Below, in pieces: positions 50,204 to 59,859 of a DNA stretch of 64,000 nt (positions are counted from its first letter, which is position 1; the number at the start of each line of letters is the position of its first letter). The position numbers and the translations under genes are program-made. The notes below the pieces were generated by a model. It was not told the origin of the DNA. It ran no database searches and saw only the letters and a list, made by a program, of their open reading frames with translations. The stretch covers positions 2,496,001 through 2,560,000 of the forward strand of contig OY762897.2 of the NCBI GenBank assembly GCA_963666515.2, given 5' to 3'. The stretch is from Candidatus Binatia bacterium. GTDB lineage: Bacteria > Desulfobacterota > Binatia > UBA9968 > JAJDTQ01.

Positions 50204-51756
50204 GGACCCCCCTGTACGGATGCCTGACGGTGACGCTTGCGATACTCCAGCCGGTTCAGGGCGTTCACGTACGCCAGCGCGCTCGCCATGATGATGTCGG
50301 TGTGGGAACCCTTCCCCGAGATGTTGACGTCCTTCTCCTCGAGCATGCACGACACCTCGCCCTGGGCGTCGGTGCCGCCGGTGACGCTCGCCACCGAGTA
50401 GCGCCGCAGCTTCGCACGGCTGCCGGAGAGCTTGGCGATGGCTTTATAACATGCATCCACCACCCCGTCACCCGTGTCGTGGGCCACCTTCTCCTCGCCG
50501 TCCACCCGCATGCGGACGGTGGCCGACGGCACCGCGGACGAGCTGGACGCGATGTTCATGTACACCAGCTCGTAGCGGTCCGGCTGGCTCGGGATCCGCA
50601 GCACCTCGTCCGCCACCAGCGCCTCGATGTCCTCGTCGAACACCTCCTTCTTCTTGTCGGCGAGCTGCTTGAAGCGCTCGAAGGCGCGGTTGACCTCATC
50701 CTTGCCGAGCGAAAAACCCAGATGCTTGAGCCTCTCGCCGAAGGCGTGGCGGCCGGAGTGCTTACCCATCACCAACCGGTTGCCGGTGATGCCGACGGTC
50801 TCGGGCTTCATGATCTCGTATGTGAGCTTCTGCTTCAGCACCCCGTCCTGGTGGATGCCGGCTTCGTGGGCAAAGGCGTTGTCGCCCACGATGGGCTTGT
50901 TCAGCGGGACCGCGATGCCGGTGACCTGGGACAGCAGCCGCGACGTGGGATAGATCTGCTCGGTATGGATGCGCGTGTCGAGGTTGAACACCGGCTGGCG
51001 GGTCTTGAGCGCCATCACCACCTCTTCCAGCGAGGTGTTGCCGGCGCGCTCGCCGATGCCGTTCACCGTGCACTCCACCTGCCGCGCGCCGTTGGCCACC
51101 GCGGCCAGGGAGTTGGCCACGGCGAGGCCCAGGTCGTTGTGGCAATGGGCGCTCCAGGTGACCTTCTCGGAGCCCTCGGTGTTCTCGATCAGGTACCGCA
51201 CCAGCTCGCCGAACTCCGACGGGATGGCGTAGCCCGTGGTGTCCGGGATGTTCAGGGTGCTCGCACCCGCCCGGATGGCCTCGCTGAAGACCTCCACCAG
51301 GAAGTCCCGATCGCTGCGCGAGGCGTCTTCCGCGGAGAACTCGACGTAGTCCAGATGCCGCCTGGCCTGCAGCACCGCGGTGCCCACGGACTCCAGCACC
51401 TCCTCCCGGGACATGCGCAGCTTGTGCTTCATGTGGATGTCAGAGGTGGCGATGAAGGTGTGCAGCCCGGGCTTCCGCGCCCCTTCCACCGCCTTCACGG
51501 CCTTGCGGATGTCGCCCTGCTGCGCTCTCGCCAGGCTCAGCACGATGGGGCGCTTCACCGCCTTGCACACCTGCGCCACGGACTCGAAGTCCCCGGGCGA
51601 GGACGCCGCGAAGCCGGCCTCGATGACGTCCACCCCCAGCTTCTCCAGTTGACGGGCGATGAGGACCTTCTCGTCGATGTTCATGCTCGCCCCGGGCGAC
51701 TGCTCGCCGTCCCTCAAGGTGGTGTCGAAAATGTTCACGATGTCTTTGGCGCCCAT
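50200..51756 (-). CDS. leuA: 2-isopropylmalate synthase
   Basis: [27 protein letters not shown]-terminal regulatory domain. Confidence 0.98.
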   Translation of the reverse strand: MGAKDIVNIFDTTLRDGEQSPGASMNIDEKVLIARQLEKLGVDVIEAGFAASSPGDFESVAQVCKAVKRPIVLSLARAQQGDIRKAVKAVEGARKPGLHTFIATSDIHMKHKLRMSREEVLESVGTAVLQARRHLDYVEFSAEDASRSDRDFLVEVFSEAIRAGASTLNIPDTTGYAIPSEFGELVRYLIENTEGSEKVTWSAHCHNDLGLAVANSLAAVANGARQVECTVNGIGERAGNTSLEEVVMALKTRQPVFNLDTRIHTEQIYPTSRLLSQVTGIAVPLNKPIVGDNAFAHEAGIHQDGVLKQKLTYEIMKPETVGITGNRLVMGKHSGRHAFGERLKHLGFSLGKDEVNRAFERFKQLADKKKEVFDEDIEALVADEVLRIPSQPDRYELVYMNIASSSSAVPSATVRMRVDGEEKVAHDTGDGVVDACYKAIAKLSGSRAKLRRYSVASVTGGTDAQGEVSCMLEEKDVNISGKGSHTDIIMASALAYVNALNRLEYRKRHRQASVQGGP

Positions 51757-51769
51757 GGTCTTCCTCCTC

Positions 51770-51804
51770 AAAAAAAAACTCCCGCGGAGGTCCGGCGGGA
51801 GTTT
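51770..51804 (-). terminator. Rho-independent terminator directly before the leuA RBS
   Basis: AAACTCCCGC...GCGGGAGTTT stem with 9-T run, then immediately GAGGAGG. Confidence 0.85.
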
Positions 51805-51831
51805 CGGTCGTTCAGTCGGGAGTTGATTCGA

Positions 51832-52668
51832 TTAGGCGTGTAGCAGCGCCTGCTCTTCCCTCCGTCGCTTCCGCACGGCGAGCAGCCCCAATAAGGGACC
51901 CGATAGGGTGTACGTTAATAACGCCGAGAACAGCACGATCTGCCACATAGCGATGGTCAGTATAATGACTGCGAGCGCGGAAAGCAACAACCAAATGGTG
52001 CTGCGTTTCTTGAAGTGGTGCTGCTTCAGGCTGAAATAGCGGAAGTTGCTCACCATGAGCCCCGCCAGCGCGCATGCGATGACGATGAAGACCACGGGCT
52101 TGCCCTGGGTGTTCTCGAGCCCCAGCATGAAATACATGAAGATGGTGGCCGCGATCATGGCCGCGGCCGCGGGGATGGGCAGCCCGGTGAAGTAGCTCTT
52201 TTCCGCGGCCAGGGTCTGGACGTTGAAGCGGGCCAGCCGCAACGCTCCACAGACGGCGAACAGCGCCGCGCCGAGGCCCCCCCAGATGCCCCAGGGGGCC
52301 AGCGCGAATATGTAGACCAGCACCGCGGGCGCCACCCCGAACGACACCACGTCGGCCAGGGAGTCGAACTCAACGCCGAACTGGCTGGTGGTGTGGGTCA
52401 GCCGCGCCACCGCGCCGTCGACCCCGTCCAGCAGGTTGGCGGCTATGATCAGCACCGCCGCCTTGTGGTAGTCCCCGTCGAAGGCCAGCAGGATCGCGAA
52501 CACGCCGCAGAAGAGATTGCCCGCGGTGAAGAGGCTGGGCAGGAGGTAGATGCCGCGGCGCAACCGGTTGGACGGACTCCGCCGCTTCATGCGGCGGCGG
52601 CCGATCTTCCCCTGGGGGATCAGCCGGACCTTCTTGAAGGGCGCGCCGGTCTTCTCGGAACGTTCCAT
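51832..52668 (-). CDS. pssA: CDP-diacylglycerol--serine O-phosphatidyltransferase
   Basis: DGVDGAVAR...S.FG.EFDSLADVVSFGVAP, RLARFN, FTGLP.P. Confidence 0.95.
   Translation of the reverse strand: MERSEKTGAPFKKVRLIPQGKIGRRRMKRRSPSNRLRRGIYLLPSLFTAGNLFCGVFAILLAFDGDYHKAAVLIIAANLLDGVDGAVARLTHTTSQFGVEFDSLADVVSFGVAPAVLVYIFALAPWGIWGGLGAALFAVCGALRLARFNVQTLAAEKSYFTGLPIPAAAAMIAATIFMYFMLGLENTQGKPVVFIVIACALAGLMVSNFRYFSLKQHHFKKRSTIWLLLSALAVIILTIAMWQIVLFSALLTYTLSGPLLGLLAVRKRRREEQALLHA
51959..51987 (-). promoter_or_regulatory. Intragenic sigma70 promoter in pssA directed at leuA
   Basis: TTGCTT-N17-TATACT formed by codons unusual for this window. Confidence 0.6.
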
Positions 52669-52677
52669 GATCTCCGC

Positions 52678-53289
52678 TCAGAGCCTGGCCACGATGGTCT
52701 CGCCGCCGCGCACCCGCTGGCCCGCGACCACCTCGACCGCGGCGTCCCGCGGCAGGTGGAGATCCACCCTGGAGCCGAACATGATCAGCCCGAAACGTTC
52801 GCCCCGCTTCAACGCATCGCCGCGGCCCACGTAGCACACGATCCGGCGCGCGAGGAAGCCGGCGATCTGGACGATGCGAAGCGTCCTTCCCTCATCGTCC
52901 ACCAGCTCGATGGCGTTGCGTTCGTTCTCGTCCGACGCCTTGCCCTTGTAGGCGGCCATGAAGTGCCCCGTCTGGTAGCGGACGTCCGCCACTCGCCCGT
53001 TCATGGGCGCCCGGTTGATGTGCACGTCCAGGGGCGACAGGAAGATGCTGAGCCTGCGGCCGGCGGGGTCCGAGGCATCGCCCACGTCCACCACCTTGCC
53101 GTCCGCCGGCGACACCACCACCCCTTCCGCATCCGGGGGCACCCGCTCCGGGTCGCGAAAGAACCCCGCCACGGCCGCGGCCACCGCCAGCAGCCCTACT
53201 CCGGCCACGGCCCAGCCCACGGCCATGGCCGCCGCGGCCAGCCCCAACGCGGCGAAAACGAACCGATAACCTTCCCTTGCAATCCTGAT
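52678..53289 (-). CDS. psd: Phosphatidylserine decarboxylase proenzyme (start uncertain)
   Basis: FFRDP.R, SPADG, IFLSPLDVH.NR, FGSR cleavage motif; IAREGY N-terminus lies upstream of the first canonical start. Confidence 0.92.
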   Translation of the reverse strand: MRIAREGYRFVFAALGLAAAAMAVGWAVAGVGLLAVAAAVAGFFRDPERVPPDAEGVVVSPADGKVVDVGDASDPAGRRLSIFLSPLDVHINRAPMNGRVADVRYQTGHFMAAYKGKASDENERNAIELVDDEGRTLRIVQIAGFLARRIVCYVGRGDALKRGERFGLIMFGSRVDLHLPRDAAVEVVAGQRVRGGETIVARL

Positions 53290-53338
53290 GGCGGTGCTCC
53301 CCTGTTTCGTCAGGAGTCTGCCGTATCCACCCGCCCCG

Positions 53339-54355
53339 CTAGTTCCTGCTCTTGTCCACCAGCCGGTTCTCGGCCAGCCACGGCATCATGGACCGGAGCT
53401 GCTCGCCCACCTTCTCGATGGGGTGGCTCCGGGAGGTCTGGCGCAAGTCGTTGAAGCGAGGGGAGCCGGCGCGGTGCTCGTTCATCCACTCGTCGGCGAA
53501 CTTGCCGGACTGGATGTCCGCCAGGATCTCCTTCATGACCTTGCGCGTCCCCTCGTCCACGATCCGGCTGCCGCGGGTGAGGTCGCCGTATTCCGCGGTG
53601 TTGCTGACCGAATAGCGCATGTTGGCCAGTCCGCCCTCGTAGATCAGGTCGACGATCAGCTTGACCTCGTGGCAGCACTCGAAATAGGCCATCTCCGGCG
53701 GGTAGCCCGCCTCCACCAGCGTCTCGTAGCCCGCCTGGATCAGCGAGGTGAGGCCGCCGCACAGCACCGTCTGCTCGCCGAACAGGTCCGTTTCGGTCTC
53801 GTCCTTGAAGCTGGTCTCGATGACCGCGGCGCGGGCGCCGCCGATGGCCGCGGCATAGGCCAGGCCCACCGGCGTGGTGTCCCCGGTAGGATCCTGCTCG
53901 ACGGCCAGCAGGCAGGGCACCCCCCTGCCCCGCTCGAACTCGCTCCGCACCAGGTGCCCCGGCCCCTTGGGCGCCACCATGAAGACGTTGACGTCCTCGG
54001 GGGGCACCACGCGCTTGAAGTGGATGTTGAAGCCGTGTCCGAAGGCCAGGTAGTTGCCCGGCTTGAGGCCCGGCCGGATCACGTCCCGGTAGACGTCGCC
54101 CTGAAGCTCGTCGGGCAGCAGCACCATGACCACGTCGCCCGCCTCGGCCGCCTCGGCCGTCTCCATCACCGTCAGGCCGGCATCCGCGGCCTTGGCCCAG
54201 GAGGCGCTGTCGCGCCTGAGCCCCACCACCACGTCCACGCCCGAGTCGCGCAGATTGCTGGCGTGCGCGTGCCCCTGGCTGCCGTAGCCGAGCACCGTGA
54301 CCTTGCGGTCGCGGATCAGGCTCAGATCCGCGTCCCGGTCATAGTAGACCTGCAT
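53339..54355 (-). CDS. ilvC: Ketol-acid reductoisomerase
   Basis: [29 protein letters not shown]. Confidence 0.98.
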   Translation of the reverse strand: MQVYYDRDADLSLIRDRKVTVLGYGSQGHAHASNLRDSGVDVVVGLRRDSASWAKAADAGLTVMETAEAAEAGDVVMVLLPDELQGDVYRDVIRPGLKPGNYLAFGHGFNIHFKRVVPPEDVNVFMVAPKGPGHLVRSEFERGRGVPCLLAVEQDPTGDTTPVGLAYAAAIGGARAAVIETSFKDETETDLFGEQTVLCGGLTSLIQAGYETLVEAGYPPEMAYFECCHEVKLIVDLIYEGGLANMRYSVSNTAEYGDLTRGSRIVDEGTRKVMKEILADIQSGKFADEWMNEHRAGSPRFNDLRQTSRSHPIEKVGEQLRSMMPWLAENRLVDKSRN

Positions 54356-54394
54356 GATAAACCTCCTGTTTCGTGGAAGCCGGCCGGACCCCCG

Positions 54395-54874
54395 CTACGC
54401 GGGTTCCCGGGCGATGGCGATCCGGCCGGTGCGGACGATCTCCTTGATGCCCATGGGCTTCAACAGGTTGATCACCGCCTGGATCTTGCCGGAGTCTCCC
54501 GACACCTCCAGGGTATAGGTCTGCGGCGTCGAGTCGACGATGTTGGCGCGGAAGATCTGCGCGATCCGGATGGCTTCGTCCCGGTGCGCCTGCTTGGCGC
54601 CGATCTTGATGAGCGCCGTTTCCCGGTCGATGTGGTTCTCTTCGGTGAGATCGACGACCTTGAGGACCTCGATGACCTTGTTGAGCTGCTTCATGATCTG
54701 CTCGATGATGACCTCGTCGCCGGAGGTCACGATGGTGATCATGGAGATGGTGGAGTCCGGGGTGGGCGCCACCGAGAGGCTCTCGATGTTGTAGTTGCGG
54801 GCGCTGAACAGGCCGGCCACCCGCGCGAGCACCCCCGCCTTGTTCTCGACCAGGACCGAGATGATGTGTTCCAT
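54395..54874 (-). CDS. ilvN: Acetolactate synthase small subunit
   Basis: LVENKAGVLARV.GLF..R..NI.SL ACT domain, E..RTG. Confidence 0.97.
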   Translation of the reverse strand: MEHIISVLVENKAGVLARVAGLFSARNYNIESLSVAPTPDSTISMITIVTSGDEVIIEQIMKQLNKVIEVLKVVDLTEENHIDRETALIKIGAKQAHRDEAIRIAQIFRANIVDSTPQTYTLEVSGDSGKIQAVINLLKPMGIKEIVRTGRIAIAREPA

Positions 54875-54885
54875 CCGCCAAACCC

Positions 54886-56661
54886 TTACGCCGGCAGCAC
54901 GGCGTCCGCATCCTCTCCCTTTTTCCGCGAGCCCTTGCGCGCGGTCTTCATGTGCGGAGGATCTTCCAGCACCATCTCGTGATGAGCCCCGCCTGCCGGG
55001 ATCATCGGATAGCAGTTCTCGAACCGGTCGATGGCGAAGTTCATCAGCACCGGCCCCTTGTGCTTGAGCCCTTCCTTCAGCACCGCCTCCACGTCCGCCG
55101 GCCCTTCCGAGTGGAGGCCGAGAATCCCGTAGGCCTCCGCCAGCTTCACGAAGTCGGGGATGGCGCCCAGGTCGCTGGAGGCGTAGCGCCCCTCGTAGAA
55201 CAAGTCCTGCCACTGCCGCACCATGCCGTGGAACTGGTTGTTGAGCAGGATGATCTTCACCGGCAGCTTGTAGATGGCGGCCACGGCCAGCTCCTGGAGG
55301 TTCATCTGGAAGCTGCCCTCGCTGGTGATGCAGAGCACCGTCTTGTTGGGGTACGCCTTCTGCGCGCCGATGGCCGCCGGGAACCCGAACCCCATGGTGC
55401 CGAGCCCGCCCGAGGTGAGGAAGGTGCGCTGCTGGGCTCCCCTGAAGTACTGCGCCGCCCACATCTGGTGCTGGCCCACGTCGGTAACGACGATGGCCTT
55501 GTGCTTCGTCAGCTCGTAGGCCTTCTCGATGACGTACTGCGGCTTGGTCTCCTTCTTGCCCTCCTGCTGGTAGGCCAGCGGGTGCTGGGCGGACCACTCG
55601 TTCACCTGCTTCTGCCACGGGCTCCGCTGCGCCTTGACGCTGGCGGGATTGCCGTCCATGGAACTCAGCACCTGCACCAGCTCCCGCAGCACCGTCTTCA
55701 CGTCGCCCACGATGGGGATGTGGGCGTGGACGTTCTTCTTGATGGAGGTGGGGTCGATGTCGATGTGGATCACCCGCGCCCGGGGCGAGAACTCGGACAG
55801 CTTGCCGGTCACGCGGTCGTCGAAGCGCGCGCCCACGGCGATCAGAAGATCGGCTTCGTGCATGGCCATGTTGGCGCTGTAGGTGCCGTGCATGCCCAGC
55901 ATGCCCATGCACAGCGGATGAGTTCCGGGGAAGGCGCCCAGCCCCATGACCGTCATGGTGAGCGGGATCTGCGTCAGTTCCGCGAACTCCCGCACCTCGT
56001 TGGCCGCGCCGGAGAATATGGCCCCGCCGCCGACGTAGATGACCGGTCGCTTTGCCTTCATGATCTCGCCGGCCGCCTGCTTGATCTGGTAGCGGTTGCC
56101 GGTCACCGTCGGGCGGTAGCCCCGGATGTCGACCTTGTCCGGATAGCGGAAATCCGCGGACTCGGTGCTCACGTCCTTGGGGATGTCCACCAGCACCGGA
56201 CCGGGACGGCCGGTGTTGGCGATGTAGAAGGCCTCCTTGATGGTGGCCGCCAAGTCGGCCACGTCCTTCACCAGGACGTTGTGCTTGGTGCAGGGCCGGC
56301 TGATGCCGATGTTGTCGGCTTCCTGGAAGGCGTCGTTGCCGATGAGGTTGGTGGGGACCTGCCCGGTGAAGGCCACCAGCGGCACCGAGTCCATCATGGC
56401 GTCCTGGAGGCCCGTGACGATGTTGGTCATGCCGGGACCCGAGGTCACCAGCGCGACTCCCGCCTTTCCGGTGGCCTTGCCATAGCCTTCCGCCATGTGG
56501 ATCGCGCCTTGCTCGTGCCGGGTCAGGATAACCTCGACGTCCTTCTGCTGGTGCAGGACGTCGAACAGCTTGAGGACCACTCCGCCGGGAATGCCGAAGA
56601 TCGTCTTCACTCCCTCGCGCTTGAGCGACTCCACAAATATTTCCGACCCGTTCAACTTCAT
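54886..56661 (-). CDS. ilvB: Acetolactate synthase large subunit
   Basis: RHEQGA, TSGPG, GARFDDRVTG, DVGQHQMWAAQ, SGGLGTMG, MVRQWQ. Confidence 0.98.
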   Translation of the reverse strand: MKLNGSEIFVESLKREGVKTIFGIPGGVVLKLFDVLHQQKDVEVILTRHEQGAIHMAEGYGKATGKAGVALVTSGPGMTNIVTGLQDAMMDSVPLVAFTGQVPTNLIGNDAFQEADNIGISRPCTKHNVLVKDVADLAATIKEAFYIANTGRPGPVLVDIPKDVSTESADFRYPDKVDIRGYRPTVTGNRYQIKQAAGEIMKAKRPVIYVGGGAIFSGAANEVREFAELTQIPLTMTVMGLGAFPGTHPLCMGMLGMHGTYSANMAMHEADLLIAVGARFDDRVTGKLSEFSPRARVIHIDIDPTSIKKNVHAHIPIVGDVKTVLRELVQVLSSMDGNPASVKAQRSPWQKQVNEWSAQHPLAYQQEGKKETKPQYVIEKAYELTKHKAIVVTDVGQHQMWAAQYFRGAQQRTFLTSGGLGTMGFGFPAAIGAQKAYPNKTVLCITSEGSFQMNLQELAVAAIYKLPVKIILLNNQFHGMVRQWQDLFYEGRYASSDLGAIPDFVKLAEAYGILGLHSEGPADVEAVLKEGLKHKGPVLMNFAIDRFENCYPMIPAGGAHHEMVLEDPPHMKTARKGSRKKGEDADAVLPA

Positions 56662-56692
56662 GGTTTCTCTCCCTGGCTCTCCCCAGCCCGCC

Positions 56693-56920
56693 TCAGCTTG
56701 CCGACTTGTACTTGCCCAGAATCTGCATGATCCTGTCCTTGCCGACGAGCTTCAGCTTCTGGATGCGTTTCTTCTCCATCTCCTCTTCCGGCGACAAATG
56801 GCCTCTGTCATGCAGGGCCACCAACTGCTTCTCGTACTCCAGGTGTTCTTCATAGTATTTGCGCAGTTCCGGGTCCTTATCCAAGACAGAGGCAATCATT
56901 CGTTCCTCTCTCTCCTCCAT
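56693..56920 (-). CDS. DUF465/YdcH family small protein
   Basis: EH..YE..L, LSPEEE.EKKR.QK.KL..KD. Confidence 0.8.
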   Translation of the reverse strand: MEEREERMIASVLDKDPELRKYYEEHLEYEKQLVALHDRGHLSPEEEMEKKRIQKLKLVGKDRIMQILGKYKSAS

Positions 56921-56958
56921 TGGACGACCTCCTGATCGTTGGTTTGGGCAAGCGATAG

Positions 56959-56987
56959 AATTTATCCAACGGCCGGATTTTTGTCAA
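56959..56987 (-). promoter_or_regulatory. sigma70 promoter of the ilv operon
   Basis: TTGACA-N17-TAAATT. Confidence 0.7.
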
Positions 56988-57056
56988 TGAGCGGGCGCCG
57001 CTCGGGTGCACGACAAGGATGGAGCAGGTCGCAGGAGGATGGGTGGCCAGGGGTGC

Positions 57057-57093
57057 TTGACAAACTTCCTTATTGATAATAAATTATCAATAA
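57057..57093 (+). promoter_or_regulatory. sigma70 promoter overlapped by an 11-2-11 palindromic operator (Fur/Zur-like half sites)
   Basis: TTGACA-N17-TAAATT; TTATTGATAAT-AA-ATTATCAATAA at 57070-57093. Confidence 0.8.
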
Positions 57094-57278
57094 TGCCTGA
57101 GATCAGAAAGCCGACTGTGCGTAGGCCAATCGGAATCAATGGCTCCGTGGGAGAGACACGGTTCGGACGTGCCGTCTCGCCTCTGGGCAGTGGCGTAGCC
57201 GTTCAACTCGTTTGGGCAGGCACCCTCGCGACCCTGCTGTGGGTCGCCGCGGCCTGGGCGATGGGATGGCTGCCATGA
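57093..57278 (+). CDS. Small membrane peptide preceding the metal ABC ATPase
   Basis: C-terminal TM (LATLLWVAAAWAMG); ATGA overlap with the ATPase; start uncertain. Confidence 0.55.
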   Translation: MPEIRKPTVRRPIGINGSVGETRFGRAVSPLGSGVAVQLVWAGTLATLLWVAAAWAMGWLP

Positions 57279-58018
57279 CAGCCGTCTTTTCCCTCCACGA
57301 CGTCACCCTGGGGTACGACCGCCATCCGGCCGTGCATCACCTGACCGGCAGCTTCGCAGCCGGTTCGTTGACGGCGCTGGTCGGCCCCAACGGGTCAGGC
57401 AAGAGCACCTTGCTCAAGGGACTGATCGGGCTCCTGGCGCCTCTTGACGGCCACTTGGAACGCAACGGTCTGCGCCAGGGCGATATTGCCTATCTGCCCC
57501 AGCAGGCGGAGATCGACCGCAGTTTCCCGATTTCGGTGATCGAGACGGTGTCGCTGGGTCACTGGCGGACGACCGGCCTGTTCCGCCCGCTCACGCGTAC
57601 CCTGCGGCGGCAGGCCGAGAAAGCGCTGGTGGCCGTAGGTCTCGATGGCTTCGGGCGACGGCCGATTGCCTCGCTGTCGGCGGGGCAGTTTCAACGGGTC
57701 CTGTTTGCGCGCATGCTGCTACAAGACTGTCCTGTCATTCTGCTCGACGAGCCCTTCACGGCAATCGACGCCAGGACCACGGCCGACCTTCTGAGGGTGG
57801 TGGTGAGATGGCATGGCGAAGGACGAACGATCATCGCCGTGCTGCATGACCTCGACCAGGTACGAGAGAGTTTTCCCGACACCCTGCTGATGGCCCGGGA
57901 GCCCATTGGCTGGGGGGCGACTACCAAGGTCCTGCGGGCAGAACATCTCTTCCAGGCGCGACAGATGGCGGAGGCGTGGGATGACCGTGCCGAGGTCTGC
58001 TGGCGAGGCGTTGCCTGA
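57275..58018 (+). CDS. Zn/Mn ABC transporter ATP-binding protein
   Basis: YDRHPAVHH, GPNGSGKS, LSAGQFQR, LLDEPF. Confidence 0.93.
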   Translation: MTAVFSLHDVTLGYDRHPAVHHLTGSFAAGSLTALVGPNGSGKSTLLKGLIGLLAPLDGHLERNGLRQGDIAYLPQQAEIDRSFPISVIETVSLGHWRTTGLFRPLTRTLRRQAEKALVAVGLDGFGRRPIASLSAGQFQRVLFARMLLQDCPVILLDEPFTAIDARTTADLLRVVVRWHGEGRTIIAVLHDLDQVRESFPDTLLMAREPIGWGATTKVLRAEHLFQARQMAEAWDDRAEVCWRGVA

Positions 58019-58890
58019 TGGACATCCATGCCGCCCTGATCCAGCCCTTCATCGAGTTCGGGTTCATGCGCAGGGCGCTGGCGGCTTGCCTGGCGCTCAG
58101 TCTCGGCTGCGGCCCGGCGGGCACTCTCCTGGTTCTGCGCCGCATGAGCCTCGTCGGGGATGCCTTGAGCCACGCCGTGCTGCCGGGTGCGGCCATTGGT
58201 TTCATGATCGCCGGGCTCTCGCTCGTCGTCATGAGCTTCGGCGGCTTCATCGCGGGCCTCATCGTGGCGGGGCTGTCCGGTCTCGTGGCGCGTGTGACGC
58301 CTCAGCGCGAGGATGCCAGCTTTGCCGCCTTCTACCTCATTTCGCTGGCGCTCGGGGTGCTCATTGTCTCCACACACGGCAGCAACGTCGATCTCATGCA
58401 TGTCCTGTTCGGAACCATTCTCGCCGTCGACGATGCGTCCCTGCTGCTGATTGTCTCGATCGCGACGCTGACTCTTTTCATCCTGGCCGTCATCGGACGC
58501 GGATTGATCGTCGAGTGCTTCGATCCCGGCTTCCTGCGCGCCGTGGGTGGCCCCGGCGCGGCCCTTCACTTCGTGTTTCTGGTGTTGGTCGTCATGAACC
58601 TCGTCGCCGGGTTCCACGCGCTCGGTACGCTGATGGCGGTGGGTTTGATGATGCTCCCGGCCGCGGCCGCGAGATTCTGGGCCGGCAAAGTTGCGACACT
58701 CGCGGCCACAAGCAGCGCCATCGCCTTCGCTTCCGCGTATGCGGGGCTGCTGCTCTCTTACCACGTAAACCTTCCGTCCGGACCGGCCATCATCCTGGTC
58801 GCCGGGGGCGTCTACATCGTCTCGGTTGTCGCGGGTCCGCGCGGCAGCCTGCGGGCGCGGTTCCTGCCGCTCCGCCATCTCGAAGCTTGA
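58018..58890 (+). CDS. Zn/Mn ABC transporter permease
   Basis: LRRMSLVGDALSHAVLPG, LFG.IL, PSGPAII. Confidence 0.93.
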   Translation: MDIHAALIQPFIEFGFMRRALAACLALSLGCGPAGTLLVLRRMSLVGDALSHAVLPGAAIGFMIAGLSLVVMSFGGFIAGLIVAGLSGLVARVTPQREDASFAAFYLISLALGVLIVSTHGSNVDLMHVLFGTILAVDDASLLLIVSIATLTLFILAVIGRGLIVECFDPGFLRAVGGPGAALHFVFLVLVVMNLVAGFHALGTLMAVGLMMLPAAAARFWAGKVATLAATSSAIAFASAYAGLLLSYHVNLPSGPAIILVAGGVYIVSVVAGPRGSLRARFLPLRHLEA

Positions 58891-58912
58891 ATCGCAAAGG
58901 AGGATCCAAACC

Positions 58913-59827
58913 ATGCATCGCCTTTCACGCCGCTTGTTTCTTGCCGCGCTTGTCACCCTCGCCGTCGCCGCGGCGTCTCCATCCTGGGCAGCCGACAAGC
59001 TCAGGGTCGTTGCCACCTTCACCATTCTCGGAGACATGGTGAGGAATGTCGGCGGGGAGCACGTCGCCCTCACCACGCTGGTCGGGCCGGACGGTGATGC
59101 CCACGTCTACGAACCGACTCCGGCCGATGCGCGCGCGCTGGCCCAGGCGGACCTCGTCCTCGTCAACGGCCTTGGCTTCGAAGGCTGGATCGACCGGCTC
59201 GTCAAGGCATCCGGCTACAAGGGGCCGGTTGCCGTGGCCAGCGAAGGAATTGCCTTGTTGAGAGCAGAAGAGGATCACGGACATGGCCACCATGGGGACG
59301 AATTCGACCCTCACGCATGGCAGGATCTCGTCAACGGACGCCTCTATGTCATCAATATCGCTCGCGCACTTGCTACGGCCGACACGGCCCGCGCCGACGA
59401 CTACCGCCGTCGTGCCGAAGCTTACGATCGCGAGCTGGTGACGCTGGACCGGGACATCCGCAGCCGGCTCGACGGCGTCCCCGCGGAACGGCGCAAGGTG
59501 ATCACCTCGCACGACGCGTTCCGGTACTTTGGGCGCGCCTACGGCATCGGCTTTCATGCCCCGGTCGGTCTCAGCACCGAAGACGAGCCGTCTGTGGGCG
59601 AAGTGGCCGCTCTTATTCGCCAGATGCGGGATGAGGGCATCCGCACATTGTTCGTCGACAACATCACCGACGCCCGCCTGGTGCAGCAACTCGCCCGTGA
59701 AGCCGAGGCCGTCATTGGCGGTACGCTCTACTCGGACTCGCTTTCCGGCACCACCGGTCCGGCGCCGACCTATCTCGACATGTTCCGCCACAACGCGGGC
59801 GAAATCGTCAAGGCCTTCACGAACTGA
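58913..59827 (+). CDS. Zn/Mn ABC substrate-binding protein
   Basis: DAHVYEP, short His loop HGHGHHG, DPHAW, HDAF.YF, LYSDSL; twin-Arg-like signal. Confidence 0.93.
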   Translation: MHRLSRRLFLAALVTLAVAAASPSWAADKLRVVATFTILGDMVRNVGGEHVALTTLVGPDGDAHVYEPTPADARALAQADLVLVNGLGFEGWIDRLVKASGYKGPVAVASEGIALLRAEEDHGHGHHGDEFDPHAWQDLVNGRLYVINIARALATADTARADDYRRRAEAYDRELVTLDRDIRSRLDGVPAERRKVITSHDAFRYFGRAYGIGFHAPVGLSTEDEPSVGEVAALIRQMRDEGIRTLFVDNITDARLVQQLAREAEAVIGGTLYSDSLSGTTGPAPTYLDMFRHNAGEIVKAFTN

Positions 59828-59859
59828 GCGGGCGCCGTGTCGCCGGGAGAAGATGGAAC

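Noticed and set aside
51961-51966. Plus-strand TATAAT inside pssA as an antisense promoter
   Set aside because: No -35 or extended -10 at a suitable distance; it overlaps the better-supported minus-strand promoter
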